The notes beneath the pieces are model-generated. The model was not told where the DNA came from. It did not search any database and saw only the letters and a program-made list of their open reading frames with translations. A DNA stretch of 64,000 nucleotides, from contig CM119384.1 in assembly GCA_051294905.1 (NCBI GenBank), forward strand, positions 992,001 through 1,056,000, given 5' to 3'. Position 1 is the first letter of the stretch. Each line of letters begins with the position of its first letter. The DNA comes from Botryllus schlosseri. Taxonomy: Eukaryota. A program made the translations under genes and the position numbers. Shown in pieces: positions 1 through 11,390 of this stretch.

Positions 1-290
1 TTCAGTCGGAAATTCAATAAATCCTTACCCGAAAATAGCTCTTTTTTTCTAATGCACAATTTTCCGTCCCAATAACTTCGCTTTTTCTATTTTGAATTGA
101 GAATTGAGAAAAATTACTTATGCATCGTTCTTTTAGACAAGCTAACAATTTCATGGAGTATCCAGTAAAATTTGAAGAATAATGTTTTTTTTTGTATTAA
201 ATCCAAAGTTTCTAATCTCTTTCTAGTCTCTCACCGTCAATTTTACCAGCAATCAACTGATTGATGAACCAGTATTACTCATATTTTCAG

Positions 291-769
291 AATCCAGCCC
301 ATTTCACAACGCAGTCTATCAGCGGAGCGGGTGCGTCCGTGGGCTCGGTTTTGCTTTGGATCCCATACGGGTGAGGAGATAATTCTACTTGTGTAATTAT
401 ACCAATTAGAACGAAATGCTGGTAATCTAATTTGTGGAAATGTTTCCATGGTCTCATTATAAATGTAAGCTAATTTCTCGCTCTTCACAATTCGGTAGTC
501 CTAATTCTATTCTACTTTTAAAAAGCTGAAAATGTTTTAGTTGCTTATCCACACATCGAGAGATTGGTTTTGTGTCTTTTTGCAGTGATCAAGACGACCG
601 TGAGCCTCAAATAGCCGTTGGTAGCGCTCTGGTCAAATCCAAAGTCACCCGGAAAGAAAAGCCGAAGAAAACGATGATTTGGAACAGGAATCGGGACACG
701 TCTGGATTCGACAACCCAGTTCTTGAGATTGAAACTCCCGATACTGAGAGAAATCCCTCTAGTGAATGA
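291..769 (+). CDS. Last two coding exons (291-370, 586-769) of an unidentified gene whose 5' part lies outside the window; tail ...NPAHFTTQSISGAGASVGSVLLWIPYG/DQDDREPQ...GFDNPVLEIETPDTERNPSSE*
   Basis: TTTTCAG acceptor before 291, GTGAGG donor at 371, TTTTTGCAG acceptor before 586; phases match (2/2). Versus the paralogous exon at 12828-12907, 5 of 7 substitutions are synonymous in this frame. No family recognised. Confidence 0.65.
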
Positions 770-962
770 TATTGTAAAAAATCGTTGGTCCAGTCGTTTG
801 TTATGGCCTATTTAGTGCACTGCCAGCAGAGTGATCGGCGGATTTATTGTCAAATGTTGATTGGTAAGCTATTCGCAAAGATTTAAAAAATCCTACATGT
901 ACAATTGAATAATATATTCAAATCGAAATGAACCCGAATGCAACCATTGACAATGTTATATT

Positions 963-996
963 ACCCCTGACGAGTGTCAGCCGGAAATATTCGGGT
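963..996 (+). ncRNA. Minimal type I hammerhead ribozyme motif, degenerate (GAAA core changed to GGAA)
   Basis: ACCC-CTGACGA-G-TGTCAGC-C-GGAA-ATAT-TC-GGGT; stem I ACCC/GGGT is intact, core A13 replaced by G at 984. Confidence 0.5.
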
Positions 997-1643
997 TTAT
1001 TTTGATATCAATATAACATCCAATTGTATATTTTATTGCTCTGTACCTTCAAGAATCTCTTGTCTGTTTATCTTCATGATGTAGGCAAAGATTTTCTAAA
1101 TCTTCAACGGAAAAAGCCGTGTGTGTATATTATAAATTGTTTCTCACTGTGTGGATGTTTTCTGGTTCAAGAAATTGTATGCCCTTGAAGCACTTCTTAC
1201 AATTTAGTTCCAATGATCCTTAATTTATCCTTAAAAACCTCACCGCTTTCTAAGCAAATCCTGCATTTTCTTCCTGCGCAGAATTTTTGCATTGAACGAC
1301 TTCTCCAAGATTAGCATTTCTTGTGTAAAATATAGTATTTCTAAGATAATTATACAATGCGCATGCAGTTCTTGTATGCCATGTGTCAACAGATATATTA
1401 CAGTGCGTTGAAATTTCCGTCTAATGAATGTCGATATCAAAAGCGAATTGAATTCGAGTGACCAGAAGAGATATGGCGTATGTTATATGGCAGTGGTCGG
1501 GAACCTATGGCTCGCGAGCCATATATGGCTCTTTTGGGTATAAGATATGGCTCTTTGTCATATTTTTTTATCCTGTACTTATATTTCTCGATATTGCAGC
1601 AACTTATGTTACTAAAGTTTCTCAACGGCCAGAATAACTATTT

Positions 1644-1879
1644 CAGTGGTTCCCAACGTGGGCTTTATCGCCCCCCCAGGGGGCGATTTGGCGGTCTAGG
1701 GGGGCGAAAATGACGAAGGGGTCGAAGATGAAAAAAGGAGGGACGGCGGGCGAAGGGGTGATAGGGGGGCGATGGCGCGTCAGTTTGTGTGCCCAATTTT
1801 CGGTACACAAGATTTGGGGGGCGATGATCGGTGTTGACCTTGAAAGGGGGTGATGGGTCGAAAAGGTTGGGAACCACTG
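1644..1879. mobile_element. hAT/Charlie-type MITE
   Basis: Perfect 14-bp TIRs CAGTGGTTCCCAAC...GTTGGGAACCACTG; TSD not preserved. Confidence 0.8.
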
Positions 1880-2191
1880 AATTTGAAAGATCAAGGCAGT
1901 GGCGTATCCAGCGTTACGCGCACGGACCCCTTTACAAAATCCTCAAAATTGCTGACCAATATCCCTCGCGAATTCGATGTATACTCGGCATCGCGCGCTG
2001 CGTAGTCTTGGATTACACCATGCGTTGAGTGATCAAGAGAATAGCAGACAAGGGGACGCTTACATGAGTCTGGTTTTCAAATACACATTGTCTTCCTGAT
2101 CTACGGCGAGAAATGAACCGCTTTGGAAGTGACATTCCAATTACAAATCCAAATTACAAAAACGCTTCGCTATCCACGTCCAAATTGATAA

Positions 2192-2342
2192 GGTGTTCAA
2201 CATCGAGAAAACCATAACCGAGAATGCCATTACCGACAATGGACACCACCGATAATGGACATTATCGATAATGGACACTACAGAGAATGAGCACCATCGA
2301 GAATAGACATTACCGAGAATGTAATGTATGCAATGTATGCAA
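2192..2342 (+). repeat. Single arm of the foldback-like element family seen complete at 36000-36546
   Basis: Tandem 15-16 bp units (CATTACCGAGAATG/GGACA) in the same order as 36000-36130; abuts the FReD1 stop codon. Confidence 0.8.
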
Positions 2343-2344
2343 TC

Positions 2345-5300
2345 TCACGCTCTTTCCCGCATCTTGAGCTCCGCGTACCACAGGTGGTAGGAGTTGACAG
2401 GAACCCTCCACCAAAGCCCCTGCACGCCTGTTTTGTTGAAGTTTCCGTTCAGATTGCTGTTGCCGCAACCGTCATGCCACCAGCCTGATTCGTACTGAGA
2501 AGCGCAACTACCGTCATCACCATTGTCGTACGTTGCGAATTGGTTGTTGTTGCTCTGATCGTCGGTCGCATTCCCGGAGAATCCGGACACGTGCAGTCTG
2601 TACTGGTCGAATGCGGGTCCGATGCTGAAGGACCTGGGAACATTAGTTTGCGGGCGGGATATCATAAGACTGTGAGCGCCATAGTGCGGATCATTATCAT
2701 CAATACTTTCATTCGCCAACCATGAAATTGGCAAAAATACAGTGACGGTTGTTGGCATGTTTCTACGCTACCGTTGACTCAGTCGCAATCTGGCGTTGGG
2801 AAATATGAAAAGAGGACGCTTTTTTAGGATTTACAAACTTCCAAAACCGGAGATACAAAGATTTATGAAATGCGCCGAAATAATAACACCATCGATTCAC
2901 ATTCACCTGTATTTAGCAACCGAATAAACCCCATCTCTCGTGATCATTTTGATTTTCATCTCCATATTCCCTGTCTTGGTCAATTGATGCAACGCTTCCA
3001 GGCCTAAAAGAAAGTAGATTGCCTGTTGATTACAAACTCGATCGCTCTTGGCGCAGTGACAAGATGGTGAAACAAATAGGCCTACTACATCAGTGCTCGC
3101 TCTGATCTCGCTCACACTGTCAAATTACTTTACCATAGATTTGCTAGATCACGACCAATATGTCACCACGCTTATGACGGCGTGGGCGCACTTCATGCGA
3201 TAATACAAAAGTTGAGAAGTCATACCCAACCAATGATCTCCTTGCAAATCGCCGAATCCATTCACGTAATCGTCCCAACCTCTGTTGAAATCAACGTATC
3301 CGTTCACTCTGCGCTGGAAAACCTTTCACGAAAATGGAAATAACTAAAAATTTCTGCAACAATCGCGCACTCAACTCACGGTCCAGTTCCCTCCATCGTC
3401 AGTTACGTCACAGAAAACATTCGTGATTCCGATTTCCGGTATGTTTAATTTAAACACCCCCCCAAAATCATTACGCGCTGATTCCAATTGGGCGTCCTCA
3501 CAACTTCTCGCAAGACCTAGAAAGAATGAATGATAGCGAATTAGGGATGGTGTGAACCTCTGGAGGTTCACACAGGTGAAGTGATGGCCTATATTATATG
3601 GCACTTTCATGTTGACGTTCTAAACGTCACCAAATGTATCAACTGGGGCAATCAAGTGATATGATAATAGCATAAAATCGAAATCGCTCGTCGCTTTGCC
3701 GACAATTTCGACGAGAACTTGCAAGGGAATCAAAGATTACGTCTTAACGGCCCAGGCCAGACCGGACAATGTATTCGGCGTCTGAGTATTGCTACGTTTC
3801 CATTGAGTAGAGTGTGAAACAGGCTTCTATTCTTGCTACCGATATTACCCCATTAACAAGTTACACAGCAGTAGCCAACACCTCAATCGCACGGATTTGG
3901 TTTTTTGGATTTGGTTTTTATGGTATAATAAACATATGAAGTCAAGATTGGCCCCGTAAGCCTGCTAGATTTCTTACATCAGACAGCGATATCAATTTCA
4001 TTGATAGGTTGAATAACATCATTAGCTGAATACTAGTAGTATATGTAGTGTATTTCGCTCTTGATGTTGTGTGATTGCAGGTCAAGCTCACAGCAGAGAG
4101 TCACTAAATATTCGCAAACGGAAAGCTGGATATTTCAAGCAAACTTTCGTAACAAAGCAGGTAAAATTTTTGAGATTGTCAAGGTGCATGCTCGTTTAGT
4201 GTTGATTTTTTTATGCTGCCAGAGCCATGCATAGAGTGGCCCGCAGTTGAACTGCAATAAATTTCACCCCAAGATGTTATAATGAAGTGAAAATTGTAAT
4301 ATATGAAAAAGGTTCACGGTGCATAACCTACCAAGGTTCGTTTGTGAACGTGAACCTCTAAATTTCTGAGGTTCGCACACACAACGCGAACGTGAACCTT
4401 ACGTTCACACCATCACTAATAGCGATGGAAATCTCTCCATAGCCTTGGAATATCAGATTGGCGGCAGTGAACAGCGTGACACAGTGCTCTGAACGTAATG
4501 CGTACTACCGGTCCCTTGATATTTTAATGCTAAACCACGGAAGAGTGTCGGTACCCCCCACCGGATCTTGACGTGTTGTGGTTATGGCGTTGACATCATT
4601 TGTTAGTGCATTCAATACTGTTTGTATATTAACGGAACATGCTCAAACATCTATTGTCTCTTTTATATCAGTATAAGTCTGATGGTGAAATGAAAAGAGT
4701 GCAGCGTTGGCGAAGGCAGCAGTTCATAAAATATCGTCCTCCAAGTTCAACCTGCAGCGACAATGTCCATGATCATCCGATTATCACTGCTAAAGATATC
4801 TGGCTGACAGTACATCGCACGAATATGAGGCCAGTGGAATTACCCAGATATCTGGGTGTCATAAGTTACATAAGTTTCATAAGTTTACATAAGTTTACAT
4901 AAGTTTCATAAGTAAGTTTCATAAGTTTCCATCAGTTTCAATACGTCATTTTATGCATTTTATATGATTGTCTGTGTGTATTTGACCGGTATTTTGAATG
5001 CATGCTCGTGGTGGATTTTATTATAATTAACATGATAGTGAAAACATATTGTCAAATTGTCATGTCTTGCAACATAGGTTTTTATATCTGTCAGAAAGCA
5101 ACAATGATTCAGGTAGCGATAGGGTTACTGGCGATTGTAAGCTGCAGTAGCGAGAGGGTAAATGCACGGCAACAAAGGGGTTAATGAGTCTGCAGCTGAA
5201 GTGCGAAAATTGTATCTTTGAAGCATCATTTTGACATCGAATGCGCAGGACGATCGCATCCGATTTTGTTGACTGGGACGCCGGGCGTTCGCTTCCCATT

Positions 5301-7744
5301 TTGTAGACTGGGTTTTGATGTCTATGCCTCGAACTTAAAGTTTACATTAAATGCGATTAATTCCATAGGTGGATAAATAAGCGTTTAATGTATCGATTTA
5401 GGGATCCGACCCGCCAAGTAGGCCTACTTAAGTTTTTCCATATCCGGTCCGCCGACTGCAGAAGTTGCCCACCAATGGGTTGGTGCAAGGTCCGGTATCA
5501 GTGCGTGGATGGTATGGCGTAAATATGATATTTAAAACCGAAATATGGCCTATTATTGCCATTGTTGACACTTGGAAGTTTCAGTACAGATTAAACTCAT
5601 ACCGAGTTCAAGAAACATTATTTTACTCAGGAGGCTTCGCGCCTCTCCTCAGATGCCTCATCGCCCTGTAACCCCAAAATCAGACTCGAATTTTGCATTA
5701 TGACGGAGTTTGTCATCGTGACGCACAATGTCGTCTGGAATAACAATGACGCAGCTCAGGAGCAAGTGATCAGCTGCGATGAGAGCAAGAGTACCTACAA
5801 TGGCCAGCGCGAAAACGAGCAATGCTCTTGTGTCTCGTCACAGATATACATTGCGGTATCAATGACGGGTGTCCATAATTTCTCCTAGTCTCCTTCTAGT
5901 CTAAAACAACGTAAGCAATTTAGTCCACACCGATTACTTGGTGACTTAAAATTGACTCGAATATTTTGCTTCGAGTCACGAGTCAATCCACATCTCTGAA
6001 ACGCCGAGTCAAGACACGTCAAGTCATGACTCGATCCGCATCATCACTGATTCATGGTAATTTATGTGTGGAGAGGAGGCGATGTATCACACCTACTCAA
6101 GTTAGACTCAGTCAAGTATTGAGCGACTCATTCCCTGCGCATAGCTCAAAACCTAGAAGCAATATAGCCTACTAACGGCTGCAGTTTTTGCCATAATATC
6201 TTTCGGTGCAGTTACACGTATAGTATACGGTTGGGTTTCATTATGCAGACATGTTCCGCTATGTTGACAGGGATTTGGGTGATGTTTATTGTAATTTTGT
6301 GTACGGAAACAACGCGACAAGACAAACCTTCTGAATTTAGTAACATCCAGGTTTTGTGGCAGTGATCGAGTGTACTTCTGGGCGTATGGCTCAAGAATTA
6401 ACAACGATGTACTTACCACTACAGTTTTTACCATAGTATCCATCGGTGCAATTACACGAATAGTACGGATGAGTGACAGTACTAAGACATGCTCCGTTAT
6501 GTTGACATACATTCGGATGGTGTTCGCAGTAATTTTCTAGATGGAAAGAGAGAGAGAGAGCGATGTGTCAAACCTACTGAATCTATACACAGCCAAGTGT
6601 TGTGAATAGGGTTGCATTTAAAACAAACGTTTTTTTAAACACTTTGCTTAAAACATCTTATTAACAGTGTTTTAAACAAATGCCTTTTTTAAATAAAATT
6701 GTGCGAAAACTTTCGAAAACGTATAACAGGAGCCTACGATTTGCACCCAACACTGTGGACGTATACGATATCGACTATCGAGCGGCTCGAACCCCGGACA
6801 TCATCGTTGGTTCGACAGTTATAGTAAGTATATAAAGATTGGTGCGGAATGGGTGTTCTTATGATGATGACCGTCGACCGAAAAATGACAGTAGCCGGAA
6901 GCCCTTTTCGTCGAAGCATAGCCATATATACGCTACATTTTTAATTGCCAACGCCACTCCACTGTGGCGTCACAATCACAGCTTGGTGGCGTCATGACTT
7001 GAAAACACACATGTTTTAAACAAGGGCCATGTTTTAAACATGTTTGTTTTAAATTGGCTTTTATACTTGAAAGAACCCTAGTCACGGCACTGAGCGACTT
7101 ATTTCCTGGGCATTGCTCAAAAATTATAGAAGCGATATACTTACGGCTGCAGTTTTTTCCATAATATCCGTCGGTGCAGTCACATGAATAGTACGGATGA
7201 GTGACATTCTTTAGACATGTCCCGTTATGTTGACAAACATCGGGGTGGTGTTCACAGAAATTTTCTAAATAGAAACGAAGCGATGTGTCAATCGTACTGA
7301 ATTTATACACAACCAAGTGTTGTGGCAGTGAGCGAGTCAATTTCTGAAGATATCTCAAGAATTAGAAACCATGTAGGCTACTTACCACTGCAGTTTTTTC
7401 CATAATATCCGTCGGTGCAATTACACGTATGGTACGGATGAGTGTTATTATTCAGACATGTTCCGTTATGTTGACAGTGATTCGGGTGGTGTTCACAATA
7501 TTTCTCTATGGAAACGAAGCGATAACTGGGTCACACTTACACAAGTTATAGAGAAACAGAGTGTTGTGACAATGAGCGAGTCTTCTAATGGACAAACCTC
7601 AAGAATTAGAAGCGGTAAACTTACGGCTGCAGTTTTTTCCGTAATATCCGTCGGTGCAATCGCACGTGTAGTACGGGTGATTGTCATAATTCAGACATTT
7701 TCCTCCAGGTTGACAGGTATTCGGGTGATGATTGCAATAGTCAC
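2345..7744 (-). CDS. EGF-repeat + fibrinogen C-terminal domain protein (FReD1). Exons: EGF 7625-7744, 7386-7505, 7145-7264, 6417-6536; FReD 3380-3516, 3226-3322, 2907-3003, 2345-2633. First (signal) exon not fixed
   Basis: Four 120-nt phase 1-1 exons with six-Cys EGF spacing (e.g. [38 protein letters not shown]). FReD motifs SCED...[18 protein letters not shown]...[13 protein letters not shown]...[12 protein letters not shown]...YR/SFSIG...[14 protein letters not shown]...ELKMR. All junctions are GT-AG and in frame. Confidence 0.9.
4860..4940. repeat. Short tandem repeat, 9-10 bp unit CATAAGTTT(A)
   Basis: About 7 adjacent copies visible. Confidence 0.85.
6177..6300 (-). pseudogene. Fifth, decayed EGF exon of the FReD1 array
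   Basis: Same 240-bp period as the other cassettes, but acceptor TAG>TAC, first Cys lost (YNK for YCE), 2-nt insertion in CCGTA(TA)CTAT shifts the frame, donor GTTAG. Confidence 0.8.
6607..7080. mobile_element. MITE-like insertion in the intron between EGF exons 3 and 4
   Basis: Starts TAGGGTTG and ends AACCCTA; stretches the 240-bp cassette period to 728 bp; no clean TSD; a related end lies near 11760-11810. Confidence 0.6.
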
Positions 7745-8640
7745 CTTTATTGACAAAAGCGACATCATCTTAAAGTTCTTGGTTATAGATAGCATATATA
7801 CCGGCGAATGTGCTGGGTCCCGACTATATCTCTTCTTATCGACAAGGACAAACGTAACAAGGACTATCACCGGCAATCCTACGGATTCACTGGTTCACTT
7901 GCATGTATACTTGAATAGTACCGTAACTTGCGATTTTTCAAAAATGTGCCTCCAATTATACAGCGATTCGGGAAGTGCCTATTTTGAATACTGTATAATA
8001 GGCTACGCCTTGCGGAATGGGTTTATGATTTAGCTTAGCCCGATGCTAAGCTCTTGTGAGCCACGACCAGACACTACAACAGGTACATGCTAACTATTCA
8101 CATTAATATTTCTGACAAGTGTATTCAATAACAATAAAATATTTCGCGCCTCGTGCGATGTTCTTTTTGCTGTTTGCGATTGGTAATTACAGAGCGGTAT
8201 TTAATTTATTGATACATAATCCATATCATCGTTGCCAATCATGATATGATGGGTCTTGCAAGTAGTCGAAAGCATATGCTTACCCCGCGTTTACTCTTAA
8301 TCTGCAATATTTTTAATGACGACAATAAGTCACGACTCCATTGTAACGTGGCTATATTATTTCCATACAGTGCGTTGAAATTTCCGTTCAATAAATGTCG
8401 ATATCAAAAGCGAATTGAATTCGAGTGCCCAGAAGAGATACGGCGTTTTAATAACAAAACCATTTCTCAGAAGTCAAAGTTTTCGCGAAGTAATCCACTA
8501 AAGAACCGTCAATTAAGAGATAATGAAGGGAGATTAAGAATGGCTTCATTAGCAACAAATTACGTCCATTTAGAGGCGATACGTGTATGACGTCACGTCC
8601 AACTTCATGTCGATTGCAAAACATATGCAATGACGATATA

Positions 8641-9424
8641 CTGTGTTGTTTCAGCGCCGACTGTGATTTCGAGGGAGTCAGATCATCGATATCGTTTATG
8701 AAATACGTAGAATCGCTTTTATCAGGAAGCTCGCCTGATGAACAATCAGATCTGATGTTTTTACGCAAACAAGGAAACGACTTTCTAACAAACTGTAGGG
8801 TTTTGGTGTCATGGAATTTTCCACGACCATCACAAAACGGGCGACAACTATTCGTATCAATAGGGCAGCGGTTCCAAGCTTACCATGCATAACGGACGAC
8901 GTTGTAACAACGAAAGATGTGACGGGCGGCAGAACATTATTACCACGTATTCCCAATATTTAATTCGCTGCATTAACCAGTCCTTTGGTTTGTATGTTTG
9001 ATATTCATGATGTCCTGCCACCCCACGCGAAGGGGGTCTGATGACAACCCATGGTCTCCTTCCACAGCCCTAGCTAAATCAACCGATCGGGCATCGCCAG
9101 CGGCACTCCTCACGGCAAGTATAATCGCTTTTTTCAGGAAGCTGGCCTGATGAACAATCAGATCTGATGTTTTTACGCAAACAAGGAAACGACTTTCTAA
9201 CAAACTGTAGGGTTTTGGTGTCATGGAATTTTCCACGACGATCACAAAACGGGTAACAACCATTCGTATCAATGGGGCAGCGGTTCTATACTTTACATGC
9301 ATAACGGACGACGTTGTAACAACGACAGGTGCGACGGGCGGCAGAACATTATTACCATGTATTCGCAATATTTGATTCGCTGCATTAACCAGTCCTTTGG
9401 TTTGTTTGTTTGATATTCATGATG
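8641..9424. repeat. Two tandem copies (8641-9012, 9121-9424) of a ~350-bp module found upstream of the FReD units
   Basis: Shared blocks TGTTGTTTCAGCGCCGACTG, CCTGATGAAC(A/C)ATCAGATCTGATG, CATGGAATTTT, GCATAACGGACG, GCATTAACC...TCCTTTGG; further copies at 10778-11275 and 16236-16600. Confidence 0.85.
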
Positions 9425-9769
9425 ATCATGCCATAAATGCCATCATCAAGTCAACAGTTTCAACTCCTCCGCGATGGAGTATGTACAAAGGGTCACAGGT
9501 CACTATATAAGTCGGCTAATATCTCTAAATAAAACATAGAATGCAGCTAAAGAAATATTTCAATCATGAAATCAAGATCACCCGGATGGTGTGCACAGTA
9601 GAACTGTTCAAAAATAACCTTTTTTTAGGATTCCAGCCATTCACTTATTAAATTGTCAGGTTACGCTTCACACCAAATTTGGTTCAATGGTATTTTGAGT
9701 AATCTGTCGTCTGACAAGAGAATCTGATGGCAGACAGACCCGCTCTACTAGTTCACATTCGACCAATCA

Positions 9770-10585
9770 TCGTGATTGATTGCGAGAATTGTTGATTGTT
9801 GCGAGAGCATTCCCGGACACGTGCGTATTCTGCAACTTTGACAGAACTGACGTAGGTGACTGACGTAGTCACGACTCCATTGTAACGCGGTTAAAACTAG
9901 TGACGTCACAATGTAACAGCCAAATTTTGGAGGATATGTCTCCTAGCTACACCCTTTTATATCACTCATACAAAGTACGCACTATAAGTTTCTGTGTGGA
10001 TTGAACACGTGTCTGTTGCGATTAATCGCGACGGTGTCTCGTGTTTTGACCGGGATGTTGATTATAATTTATCATATTCAAAACATAAATTACAATTACA
10101 TGCTTTGTGGTGAAATTTATATGACCCAATGCGAAATTAGATCATATATTTCATTCCCAATTCCCCCCTGTCTTAATCTACTAGTACCAATTTACATGAG
10201 CCCGCATTTATTGAATACTATGTTGCATTAGATATTACATTGGATATTACATTTCCCACTGTTCCCACTGTTTCCCACAGTACATTTCTTATTCTCTTCT
10301 TCTGATCTGCGTTGAAGATCCCTCATTATATCCGACATCATTTCCGCACCCTACATGAAATGTACACAGAGTAGAACGTTTGTCGAACACGTAAAGCTAC
10401 TTGCATACCAACCCCGCAATCCCCCTTTGAGATCCATTTGCCATTGACGTAGCTTCTCGAGCAAAATTGCGCTGAAAAAGAGAAATTTCAATCCGATTCT
10501 AAATGGAACATAATTCGCTCGCACCTGACGAACGCGAGAAGACGGCGATCACGAAAATAATGAGAATCCTATACTTGAGCGACAT
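9770..10585 (-). pseudogene. FReD2 remnant: signal exon 10525-10585 (MSLKYRILIIFVIAVFSRSS), exons 10409-10471 and 10279-10350, and a degraded last-exon trace at about 9770-9840
   Basis: Exon-by-exon paralogy with FReD3 (16153-16213, 16036-16098, 15907-15975); exon 3 donor changed to GTGGGA; VFQRR and LEELH exons absent; trace HVSGNA...NNQQFS. Confidence 0.7.
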
Positions 10586-10777
10586 TTTCGGAACTGAATT
10601 GATAAGATAGATAGATGGTGGTGGGTAGGTGCACAATATAATGCGACCGACTTCAACTAAGCCACACACGCAAATGTGTATCATAGTTCCGCTTGCAACA
10701 ATTTATCAGGAATTTCATTTTTAGATACGCAGTCAACTTTCTATCAATTCCAAAACGTGTGCAATGACTGACAATGC

Positions 10778-11390
10778 TGTATTGTTTCAGCGTCTACTGT
10801 GATTTCGAGGGAGTCAGGTCATCGTTATCGTAGAATCGCCTTTTTTCGGGAAGCTCGCCTGATGAACCATCAGATCTGATGTTCTGACGCAAACTATAGG
10901 GTTTTGACGACATGGAATTTTCCACGAACATTACAAAACGGTCAACGACTATTCATAACAATACGACAGCGGTTTTAAACTTTCCATGCATAACTCGCCT
11001 GATGAACCATCAGATCCCATGTTTTGACGCAAACAAGGAAACGTTGACTTCCGTACAAAATATAGGGTTTGGCGTCATGGAATTCTCCTCGACCATCACA
11101 AAACGGGCAACAACTAATCGTATCAATAGGGCAGCAGTTCCCAACTTTCCATGCATAACGGACGACATTGTAACAATGACAAATGCGGCGGGCCCTGGAA
11201 CACTATTACCATGTATTTGGAATATTTAATTCACTGCATTAACCACTCCTTTGGTCTGTTTGTTTCTGACATTCATGGTGTTTCGACTCCATTGGTCATT
11301 TTACACCAGATCGTTATTCAGATTACGTATTTACCGACTTGTTGCACGGCCCACTTTCAGGCTTTAGGTAAGGTTATCTATAGTCTGCAC
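10778..11390. repeat. Third copy of the FReD-upstream module (with an internal partial duplication) plus flank shared with 16610-16720
   Basis: CCTGATGAACCATCAGATC occurs twice (about 10858 and 10998); the flank ATTGGT(C/A)ATTTTACAC...CGGCCCACTT matches the 16.6-kb copy. Confidence 0.8.

Larger units (their letters stand above)
1..1465 (+). repeat. Segmental duplication unit, copy 1 (paralog about 12580-13945; short third piece about 8360-8455)
   Basis: Colinear match of MITE, exon, intron, exon and 3' flank, e.g. CAGTGCGTTGAAATTTCCGT...TGTCGATATCAAA near 1401, 8368 and 13905. Confidence 0.9.

Noticed and set aside
1643-1894. Pro/Arg-rich ORFs
   Set aside because: They lie wholly within a GC-rich MITE.
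5002-5184. [12 protein letters not shown], faintly like the hAT dimerisation motif
   Set aside because: Too short and no other transposase motifs nearby.
7458-8033. 191-aa + strand ORF
   Set aside because: Antisense shadow of the EGF exons, with no protein-like features.
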